A DNA stretch of 64,000 nt. Source: an uncultured Eubacteriales bacterium (lineage in GTDB: Bacteria; Actinomycetota; Coriobacteriia; Anaerosomatales; PHET01). A program made the position numbers and the translations under genes. This document shows positions 39,686 to 47,401 of the stretch, piece by piece. How positions within the stretch are numbered: the stretch's first letter is position 1; every line of letters starts with the position of its first letter. Location of the stretch: positions 36 to 64,035 of the forward strand of contig CAZCRB010000002.1 of NCBI GenBank assembly GCA_964500985.1, in the 5' to 3' direction. The notes under the pieces are model-generated. The model searched no databases. It saw only the letters and a program-made list of their open reading frames with translations, and had not been told where the DNA came from.

Positions 39686-39944
39686 GCTGTCCCTAACCTC
39701 CTTCACACACTCTGAAGTGCTGGTTTTCCGTTGCCGAGTGGAGCGGATGAAGAAAGGCCACCTCCTTTACGCGAGCCCCATCTCGGGTTCGGTCGGAGGC
39801 GGCCTTGTCATCAGGACAGCGAAGACACCGAACGAGGGACACTGCGCCCCGTGTGGGGAATGGTGTCCTGGTCTCGTTCGAGGGCCCGATTGCCGGCTCC
39901 GACCCGTCGTACGTGATATTCGGTTTTTCAAGGCGTAACACCGT

Positions 39945-40003
39945 TTGTAACGGTTGTTACATTACCTCTGGCTAATCCTATCGCGCCCGTCCGAGGCGGT
40001 CAA
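39945..40003 (-). promoter_or_regulatory. Hydrogenase operon promoter with palindromic operator
   Basis: TTGACC (40003-39998) N17 TAGGAT (39980-39975); operator TTGTAACGGTTGTTACAT at 39945-39962. Confidence 0.75.
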
Positions 40004-40041
40004 CGATAAGTTCGCTAATTCTCGACAGAATCTTCACGTTC

Positions 40042-41559
40042 TCAGCTGGTCGGCGGCTGGTCACCGGCGCGATCCGCGTACTTCTTGGAGAGCGGTGTCC
40101 GCGCGATGAACTCCTCGCTGTCGACCACGGGTGCCTCAAGGACACGTGCGATACGACGCAGCTCGGCGTCCTCGGTGCAGAAGAGCTTCGCGCGCTGTGC
40201 GACCGCCATGATGCCCGCGTCTCGCCAACTCAGCTCATAGCGCTCCTGCAGTGCGCGTGCATCCGACTCGGAGAACTCGACGGGATTCAGCAGTTCGGCG
40301 AGCGAGATGCCGTCCTGGGCGAGGCCCTTGAGGTCCTCGTAGTCCTCCGTCATGACCTCCCAGCGCACGCGGCGGATGTCCATGCGCGCGATCTCGCCTG
40401 CGGCGAACAGCGCGTACACGAAGTCAGGCGTGGCGAAGTAGCGGCGGCGGCGCAGCAACAGCAGCAGCGGCAGGAGCAGCAGCGGCGAGAGGCACAGCAG
40501 CCACCCGGTCGGCGTTGTGGGCGTCGGAATCGGGTTGGCGGCCGCCGGCCAGCCCCACACCTGGATGCGCCCGTTGGCGGTGTCGGCGATGAATATGCGG
40601 CGGCGGGCGTCGACCGACGTGTCGTTGGGGTAGCTGAACTGCCCCTCCAGCACGCCATGCTCGCCGAAGGAGACGACCTTCTCGGCCTTGCGAGCGTCCC
40701 AGATGGTGCCGTCGTGGGCGAGCGTGTCGATGACCACCAGACGGCGCGGCTCTTCCTTCTTGAGCTTGGGCAGGAAGTCGAACCCGCGCGGGAGTCCCTG
40801 CGTGATGACCATCCGCTTGTACTCGCCCGCCCGGTCGAAGACCTGGATGCGGCGGTTGTTGGAATCGGCGACCCAGACCTCGTTACCGATGACCTTGATC
40901 GAGTTGGGGAACTGGAAGACCCCGGGGCCCTCCGACGCCTCGTTGACGAGGCCGGCGGTGCCCACGCTACGACGGAACGTGCCGTCGGGCGCGAAGATGA
41001 GCATGCGGTGGCCGTTGAGTATCTCGGTCACGTAGAGGGTGCCGTCGGGCGCAAAGTCCAAGGCGACGGGCGCCCACTGGAAGCCCTGCGTATCGAACTT
41101 GGGAAGCTGGTCGGCGGGCAGCTTGGGATCGAACTGCTTCTTGAACTTGCCGTCCTTCGAGAAGATGAACACGCCCTTCTTGCGGCGGTCCGTCACGTAG
41201 TAGTCCCCCGTCTTGGGGTGCTGCGCGACGTAGAGCGGGACGAGCAGATTGCCCTTGCCCCAAGTCGCGATGTGCGTGCCGCGAGGCGTGAACACCTCGA
41301 TGGCGCCCTTGCGCGAATCGGTCACGAGGACCTTGTTGTCGGCGGAGAGCACCCCGAGCGGCCTGACCAGCTGGCTCTGCCCGGCACCCGAGAAGGAGTA
41401 CAGGTACTGCGGGGCGGGCAGCAGCTCGGCTTGGTTGAAGTCGATCTGCACACCGATCGTCCGCGTGTTGCGGTAGTTGACGTACGCGGCGCCGATGAGC
41501 GCCAGCAAGACGATGAGCGCGACTATCGCGATGATCTGACGGATTCGCCTGCGAGACAT
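40042..41559 (-). CDS. NHL-repeat beta-propeller protein with two TM anchors and a PIN-like C-terminal tail (copy 1)
   Basis: NHL repeats (FQFPNSI..VADSNNRRIQVF; FSYPND..IADTANGRIQV); TM at both ends; tail RDAGIMAVA..CTEDAELRR. Confidence 0.85.
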   Translation of the reverse strand: MSRRRIRQIIAIVALIVLLALIGAAYVNYRNTRTIGVQIDFNQAELLPAPQYLYSFSGAGQSQLVRPLGVLSADNKVLVTDSRKGAIEVFTPRGTHIATWGKGNLLVPLYVAQHPKTGDYYVTDRRKKGVFIFSKDGKFKKQFDPKLPADQLPKFDTQGFQWAPVALDFAPDGTLYVTEILNGHRMLIFAPDGTFRRSVGTAGLVNEASEGPGVFQFPNSIKVIGNEVWVADSNNRRIQVFDRAGEYKRMVITQGLPRGFDFLPKLKKEEPRRLVVIDTLAHDGTIWDARKAEKVVSFGEHGVLEGQFSYPNDTSVDARRRIFIADTANGRIQVWGWPAAANPIPTPTTPTGWLLCLSPLLLLPLLLLLRRRRYFATPDFVYALFAAGEIARMDIRRVRWEVMTEDYEDLKGLAQDGISLAELLNPVEFSESDARALQERYELSWRDAGIMAVAQRAKLFCTEDAELRRIARVLEAPVVDSEEFIARTPLSKKYADRAGDQPPTS

Positions 41560-41601
41560 GCTTGCGCTGTCCTCTCCGTGAAGGGAACTTCGGGATCGCT
41601 T

Positions 41602-42636
41602 CTACTTGCCGAGTGACGCCTGGAGCTGCGCGATCTCTTTGTTGCTCGTGTCGAGCTTCGCGGCCTCGGTGAGGACCTGCTTCGCGCCCTTCTTGTCGCC
41701 CTTGGCGATGAGGATCTTGGCGTGAAGTATCGCAGCATCGACATCGCTCGGCTCGAGCGCGCGTGCGAGCAGGACCGCCTCGACCGCCTCGTCCAAGCGC
41801 TTGTCGGCGTAGGCGGCCTGGGCCTGCTTCAGCGCGTCTTCGCCGCTACCGAGCTTCTCGAGGGCCTTGCGCGGCAGGTCGGCCTCGGGGGCGAGGTCCG
41901 CGGCTTTGCGCAGGTGCACGGCCGAGTTGATCTTGTCGTTGCGCGCCAGGAGGATGATCCCGTAAAGGTAGTGGGCCTCAGCGTAGTTCGGATCGAAGGC
42001 GAGGGCGGCATCAAGCTGCTCGAGGGCGGCGTCATCGTCCTCGAGCCCGTGGAGGGACTGCGCGAGGAGGTAGTAGGTGTCGGACGCGTCCTTGCGGATG
42101 CGCAACGACGCCTTGAAGAAGCCGGCGGCATCCTCGTAGCGCTTGTCGTCGAGGGCGATCTCGCCCAGATGGAACAGCGCGGTCTCGCGGCGCTGGTTGA
42201 TGTTCTCCATCGTCTGGCCCTCGGTCAGCTCGACGACCTTGGTGAAGTAGCGCTCTGCGTTGGCGGTGTCCTTGGTCTCCATGGCGACGAGGCCGAGGTC
42301 GAGGTACGCGCCCGTGTGCTTGTTGTCTAGCTTGATGGCGGCCTTGAACTGCTCGGTGGCATCACGGTAGACGCCGGCCGAAGCGAGCGCCTCACCGTAG
42401 CGAACGCGGGCCGCCGCGCTGTTGGGGTTCTTCTTGACGAAGTTGCGGAGCTCGACCAGCGCGCGCTGGGCCGGGGTGGCCGTCGCCTCGACGCGAGTGC
42501 TCTGCCAGATGGTGTAGCCGAACAGCGCGGCAAGGCCGAGGACTCCGGCGACGAGCGCGATGATGACGTAGCGAAGAAGCGAATCGGTCCGGTCGGAACG
42601 GACGTCGGGCGTGGCGCCCGATGCGTGTTCTGTCAT
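41602..42636 (-). CDS. Membrane-anchored TPR protein (copy 1)
   Basis: N-terminal TM; multiple TPR repeats (ALAFDPNYAEAHYLYG). Confidence 0.88.
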   Translation of the reverse strand: MTEHASGATPDVRSDRTDSLLRYVIIALVAGVLGLAALFGYTIWQSTRVEATATPAQRALVELRNFVKKNPNSAAARVRYGEALASAGVYRDATEQFKAAIKLDNKHTGAYLDLGLVAMETKDTANAERYFTKVVELTEGQTMENINQRRETALFHLGEIALDDKRYEDAAGFFKASLRIRKDASDTYYLLAQSLHGLEDDDAALEQLDAALAFDPNYAEAHYLYGIILLARNDKINSAVHLRKAADLAPEADLPRKALEKLGSGEDALKQAQAAYADKRLDEAVEAVLLARALEPSDVDAAILHAKILIAKGDKKGAKQVLTEAAKLDTSNKEIAQLQASLGK

Positions 42637-42694
42637 GCGAGTCCCTTACCTTGTCTGATCGCGTGCCGGAGGCCTGCCGGGGCCTGAATCCAGC

Positions 42695-42741
42695 TTGTAA
42701 CTGTTGTTACGAACGATACTCGGCGCCCACAGGAGCGTCAA
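42695..42741 (-). promoter_or_regulatory. TPR-NHL (copy 1) promoter with palindromic operator
   Basis: TTGACG (42741-42736) N17 TATCGT (42718-42713); operator TTGTAACTGTTGTTACGA at 42695-42712. Confidence 0.75.
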
Positions 42742-42766
42742 CCGCGCCCCCACGTGGCGCCGCATG

Positions 42767-43603
42767 CTAGGGAAGCTGCTTGACCACCTCGGTGATCGCG
42801 CTCTTGAGCGAGTCCGGCGAACCGCTCTTGACCGCCGCCATCTCCACGGCCACCATCACCGAGGCGTCCGTGAAGCCTACGACCGCGAAACGACGGCCAT
42901 CGGTACCGAAGTACACGTCGTGCCCGTTGACCTTGAAGGTCGCGGCGTCCTTGGGATAGCGCTGCTTGACCTGACTGGTCAGCGCCTTCTGCGCATCCGC
43001 GCCGGTCCGGAACTGCTCCGCCGAGATCACGAGCTGGACGACATCGGCGTTGCCGGCCGGCAGGTACTGACGCGTGACGGACAAGGCATCGTTGGCTGCC
43101 TTTCGCGCGGTGTAGCCCGTGATCGCATCGGGAACCCACGCCGCCAACGCACCATTGGGCGTGACCCCCGGATCCGGCGTGGACGTGGGATTCTTGGTCC
43201 CACCCGAGCCCGACGACCCCTTGTCGGATGTCGGCGACTTGCCGGCGTTGATCGCGTCGAGCTGGGATGCGGCGCTCTTGAAGCCGGCGTCCCCGGCGAC
43301 AACCGCGGCGAGCTTCTCTTTGGCGGTGGTCAGATCGCCCGCCGCGAGCGCGCTCTGTGCCTGTGCATAGAGGGCCTCGAGCTTGCGATGCTTGTCGCAC
43401 ACGATCGTCTTCTCCTTGACGCGGTACTTGGCCGCGTCCTTCGAAGGTACCTCGATGGTGCGCACGCTGTCGGAGACCTCGTGCCCGTAGGTGCACATGA
43501 CGCGCTCGCCGGTCTGAACCTCGACTTTGCGCTGACACCCGGCGAGCGAACCCGCGCTCAGCGCGAGAACGAGTGCGAGCACCGCGAGCAGTGGTCTTCT
43601 CAT
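42767..43603 (-). CDS. Lipoprotein, paralog of 29280..30074
   Basis: Lipobox LAGC after ATG 43603 (ATGA overlap with the upstream gene); C-terminal YFGTDGRRFAVVGF. Confidence 0.8.
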   Translation of the reverse strand: MRRPLLAVLALVLALSAGSLAGCQRKVEVQTGERVMCTYGHEVSDSVRTIEVPSKDAAKYRVKEKTIVCDKHRKLEALYAQAQSALAAGDLTTAKEKLAAVVAGDAGFKSAASQLDAINAGKSPTSDKGSSGSGGTKNPTSTPDPGVTPNGALAAWVPDAITGYTARKAANDALSVTRQYLPAGNADVVQLVISAEQFRTGADAQKALTSQVKQRYPKDAATFKVNGHDVYFGTDGRRFAVVGFTDASVMVAVEMAAVKSGSPDSLKSAITEVVKQLP

Positions 43604-45045
43604 CCCTGGTCCTTCCGCGGCCCGCGCGCGAGCAGCGCGAGCGCAATCGAGAACACCGCGGCGGCCGCACCGACCACGCACGACACGAGTGCGACGGGCG
43701 CGGCCACGGGTTCGAGAACAAGAGCAGCATACTCCGTGCCGTAAGCCTGCTGAACCTCGGCCGGCACAAACGAACTCCACGTCTGAAGCGTGACGGCAGT
43801 GAGCATCGGGTACGCGGCAGCGCACGCCAACGACGCGATTCCCGCCGAGACGACCGCGCCGGTCGAGCGCTCAGGCAGCGCGAGGGCAGCGGTCAGCGCA
43901 AGCGCGCACGCTGCGAAGACCAGCCATCCGCCCGCCGACGCGTACCCCGGCTGCAGCCACGTTCCGCTGAAGAACGCCTCGCCGGTCCCCCGCCCCTCGG
44001 CTGTGGCGCGGATCGCCGGCAGGAACAGGGCCACAGACGAGCCGACGAAGGCCACGGACGCGATGGCGATGGCGATGGCTGCAAGGTTGCGTCGGCCACG
44101 GCCGATCTTGTCGACTGACCGGGATGGCGCCTGCGCGAACCAGACCGCCGCCGCGGAGGCGAGCACCGCCGCAGCTCCGGACAACGCGCCGGCCCACGAA
44201 ACGGGATCGGGACCGAAAGACGCCGTCGCCTTCTCCAGCAGGGTCAGCGCGCTGACCGCGACCGGAGCGACGAGCAGGGCCGTTGAGGCGCGCGCTACAC
44301 CCTGCGCGCCGACGGACCGGACCCACCCCATGGCGAACACCGCGACCGCCAACCCCAGCGCGATGAGTCCTGGCCAGGCGCGCTCAAGGGACGTGGACTG
44401 CCCTGCGACCGCAGGGAGCGCCCAGAGCAGTGCCGGAACCGCCGCGCCGATGACCGCCAGAGCGACGGTGCGACGTGCGCCGATTCTGAGCGCCACCACC
44501 CGCAGAGAGATCGACGCGACCGCAAACGCCGCACCCGCGGCGAGCATGACCAGCTCGGGCACTGGGAACTTGATGAAGGGCGAGAACGAACTCGGGCGCT
44601 CCCAATTGGCGAGCAGCGCCGCTGAGCCCGCCAGTGCGCCGACGGCACCCGCAATCCCCGAGAGTGCCGTGCGAGGCTTGTGGGCGAAGAACGCCAGCGC
44701 CACGCACAGAGCGCCCCACGCCACCGTGGTGAAGAACAGGACCTCGGAGCCGGACGGCGCATCGCTGGACCGCTGGGCAAGGGCGATGAGGGGGGCGGCC
44801 CAGAACGCGGTGGCGCCCGCCACTACGGCGAGGACGAGCTCGGAACGGCTTTGCGCCCAGAGCGACCGCATCGGCACGAGGCCCTCAGCGATCAGGACCA
44901 CGACCAGAGCCACTCCCAGAGACGCCCCCAGTATCAGGGCGTCCGGAAGACCTTCCATGAGGACCGTCGTGATGACGAATGTCGCCGCCGCCCCGACGAG
45001 GGACGAAGCGATTGCCAGAAGGTGTTTGGGGGCGAATCGGGCCAC
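43600..45045 (-). CDS. Polytopic membrane protein, EamA/DMT-like with C-terminal extension
   Basis: About 13-14 hydrophobic segments; GVARASTALLVAPV DMT-like motif. Confidence 0.65.
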   Translation of the reverse strand: MARFAPKHLLAIASSLVGAAATFVITTVLMEGLPDALILGASLGVALVVVLIAEGLVPMRSLWAQSRSELVLAVVAGATAFWAAPLIALAQRSSDAPSGSEVLFFTTVAWGALCVALAFFAHKPRTALSGIAGAVGALAGSAALLANWERPSSFSPFIKFPVPELVMLAAGAAFAVASISLRVVALRIGARRTVALAVIGAAVPALLWALPAVAGQSTSLERAWPGLIALGLAVAVFAMGWVRSVGAQGVARASTALLVAPVAVSALTLLEKATASFGPDPVSWAGALSGAAAVLASAAAVWFAQAPSRSVDKIGRGRRNLAAIAIAIASVAFVGSSVALFLPAIRATAEGRGTGEAFFSGTWLQPGYASAGGWLVFAACALALTAALALPERSTGAVVSAGIASLACAAAYPMLTAVTLQTWSSFVPAEVQQAYGTEYAALVLEPVAAPVALVSCVVGAAAAVFSIALALLARGPRKDQG

Positions 45046-45074
45046 GGTCCTCCTTGCATGCCGTTCTCATCCGA

Positions 45075-45112
45075 CGGAAAGGGCCGGGGTCGCGTGCCCC
45101 CCGGCCCTTCCG
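45075..45112 (-). terminator. Hairpin after OmcS-like gene 2
   Basis: Inverted repeat GGAAAGGGCCGGGG..CCCCGGCCCTTCC. Confidence 0.65.
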
Positions 45113-45141
45113 ACGGTATCAGATTGTGATGCGAGAACCGG

Positions 45142-46446
45142 CTACTTGTTGTGGCAGGACTCGCACACGCCCCGGTTGTCCAGGCGCAACAGCGCGCTGG
45201 GGCTGGCCGGGAACTGGTTGCGGGCGACGCCGTCAGTGTCGACGACGAGGGTGCCCGTGGCCGCGTAGCCCGTCATCGCTGCCGCAGTACCGTGGGCACG
45301 GTGGCAGGTCAGGCACTCGATCCAGTCACTGTCCGTCTTGGCGGGTGCGCCGACGGTCGAGGACTCGTTGAGCGAGTTGGCAAGCGGGATCGGCAGCGCA
45401 CCGATCACCATGGACGACTTGTCAGGACCGTTGTAGGTGCTGAGCTCGACGTTCATGGGGTGGCGGTGGCGCAGACGGTAGTTGCCGCCGTCGCCAGCGT
45501 CGTACATGGTCGCGGAGGCCGCGTACGTAGTGCCATCGGAGCGCGTGATCACGCGAACCGGCTGCAGGTACGTGCTGTGGCACCCGGTGCACCAACCGCT
45601 CATGCCCTTGGTCGGGTCCTCGACGAGGTTGCCTGCGGCAGCCTGCTTCATGTCGTAGCCCTTGGCGTAGCGCGGCGTGGTGTAGTCAGGCTGGTAGCTC
45701 GGGTAGGCCGTGTGCAGGCGGAAGCCGCCGGCGGGCCAGCCGCGCTCAGTCGACGAGACGAAGCCGTCGGGATCCGGGTTCACCGAGCTGTTGGTGTTGT
45801 CGTAACCACCCACGCGGTTGCCGTTGACCATCGACTTCAGGATGCGGTAGTTGGCGCTGCCGTGCGGGTCGTGGCAGGTCGCACAGTCCATCTTGACTGC
45901 GGTCGACTCACCCTTGTCGCGCGGCTTGCCGTTGGTCGGATCGGTACCAGGCGAACCATCAGTGGTCGCGTCGGTGGCCGACTTGCCGTAGTAGCCACCG
46001 CCGTACGCACCCCACGACGCACCCTGGTACATGTGCACCGAGGAGACCGGCACGGTGACCGTGGCCCCGAGCGAGGTGTCGTACTTCTGCATGGTGCTGA
46101 AACCGCCGCCGTTGAGGACACCGTTCTGGACACCGTAGAGCGTGCCCTCGTAGATGCCGTTCTCGACGTTGGTGTCGGCGCCCTGCGCGCTGCCGTCGTG
46201 GCAGGCGTAGCAGAACTGGTACATCTCGGTCGCGGTGCTCACGAGCAGTGCGCTGTGGTCGTTCGCGCCAGCGTCCTGCCACGTGATCGAGCTGACGGAG
46301 GTGTGCGCCCGGTGACAACCGGCACATGCGTCGGTATCGGCCACGTAGTTGCCGTGGATCGCGAAGTTGGCGTTCGCGGCGACAGGGACCATGAGCGCCA
46401 CGAGGGCGGCCAGGGCGAATGCGAGTGCGAATCTCTTGGTAGTCAT
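45142..46446 (-). CDS. Secreted OmcS-like hexaheme cytochrome c (formate dehydrogenase module)
   Basis: Signal peptide; 6 CxxCH in 434 aa; HGN..CAGCHRAH, CHDPHG..YRIL, MSGWCTGCH, RHP, CLTCHRAH; C-terminal CESCHNK. Confidence 0.82.
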   Translation of the reverse strand: MTTKRFALAFALAALVALMVPVAANANFAIHGNYVADTDACAGCHRAHTSVSSITWQDAGANDHSALLVSTATEMYQFCYACHDGSAQGADTNVENGIYEGTLYGVQNGVLNGGGFSTMQKYDTSLGATVTVPVSSVHMYQGASWGAYGGGYYGKSATDATTDGSPGTDPTNGKPRDKGESTAVKMDCATCHDPHGSANYRILKSMVNGNRVGGYDNTNSSVNPDPDGFVSSTERGWPAGGFRLHTAYPSYQPDYTTPRYAKGYDMKQAAAGNLVEDPTKGMSGWCTGCHSTYLQPVRVITRSDGTTYAASATMYDAGDGGNYRLRHRHPMNVELSTYNGPDKSSMVIGALPIPLANSLNESSTVGAPAKTDSDWIECLTCHRAHGTAAAMTGYAATGTLVVDTDGVARNQFPASPSALLRLDNRGVCESCHNK

Positions 46447-46449
46447 GCC

Positions 46450-47388
46450 CTACACCTCCCCACCGGTCAGCGCTTCGGACTCGTTCTTGGTCCGGCGGGC
46501 GGAAAGCGCCGCAAGACCGCCGACGACGAGCGTCGGCAGGAGAAGCTTAGCACCAGTGCCCGACAGCATGCTCGACGCCATCGGAGCGACGTGATCCTCG
46601 ATGAACGGATCAGCCTTGGGCGGCGCGAGCAGGAAGTTCTTGCTCGCCCAGAACATCGAACCGCTACCGATCCAGTTCTTGGTGCCGGCGGCGGGACCCG
46701 AGGTGAGGGTGTAGCCGTTGGCCGGATCCTCGAGGTACTTGATGATGTTGTCGCGGGCGTCCCACTTCATCGCCTTGGCCGGGCAGCTCGACACGCACGC
46801 CGGCTCATGAGCGAGCTCGGGCACGATCGGCACCGGCAGCGCGCCGGTGCTCAGAGTGATGCTGCTGACCCAGTTGCCCGAGGCGTCCTTCACGGCACGC
46901 GTGGGCAGGGCGGTCGCGGGATCGACCACGCCATCGGCGCCGGCGCGACCGTTGCACAGGGTGCACTTGTTCATCTTGACGTCGGTGGTGTCCTCGTAAG
47001 CGACGCCGACCTTGGGATAGCCGCCGCGCTGACAGCCGAACTCACACGGCTTGGGACCCGGGCCCACTTTGCAGACGTTGGGCTTGCACAGCGCCTTGTC
47101 GACGCTGACCGCACCGGTTGCCTCTTTCTTCATGGCACCGAGCGGGCAGGCCTTGACGCAGGGCGGGTCGTAACAGTGCCAGCAGGTGTAGCGCATGAAC
47201 GCGCCCATATCCGAACGCTTGAGGCTCTTGATCGCCAGCCGCTGACGCGGGTTGACGACGGAGCGCTGCGGGATCACCTGGGCGATGTTGTCGGGGTTCT
47301 TGAGACCCCACTCGCGCTTACAGGCGATGACACAGCCGTTGCAGCGCATGCACTTATCGACATCCTGGAATACTGCCATCACAGTCAT
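46450..47388 (-). CDS. fdhB: Formate dehydrogenase iron-sulfur (beta) subunit with C-terminal TM
   Basis: CMRCNGCVIAC, CWHCYDPPCVKACP and KCTLC..PACVSSCP motifs; C-terminal hydrophobic helix as in FdnH. Confidence 0.85.
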   Translation of the reverse strand: MTVMAVFQDVDKCMRCNGCVIACKREWGLKNPDNIAQVIPQRSVVNPRQRLAIKSLKRSDMGAFMRYTCWHCYDPPCVKACPLGAMKKEATGAVSVDKALCKPNVCKVGPGPKPCEFGCQRGGYPKVGVAYEDTTDVKMNKCTLCNGRAGADGVVDPATALPTRAVKDASGNWVSSITLSTGALPVPIVPELAHEPACVSSCPAKAMKWDARDNIIKYLEDPANGYTLTSGPAAGTKNWIGSGSMFWASKNFLLAPPKADPFIEDHVAPMASSMLSGTGAKLLLPTLVVGGLAALSARRTKNESEALTGGEV

Positions 47389-47401
47389 CGGTCACACCTC
47401 C

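Noticed and set aside
43380-43510. Heme binding in the lipoprotein (CTYGH, CDKH)
   Set aside because: Neither is a CxxCH motif. At most they form a small metal or disulfide site.
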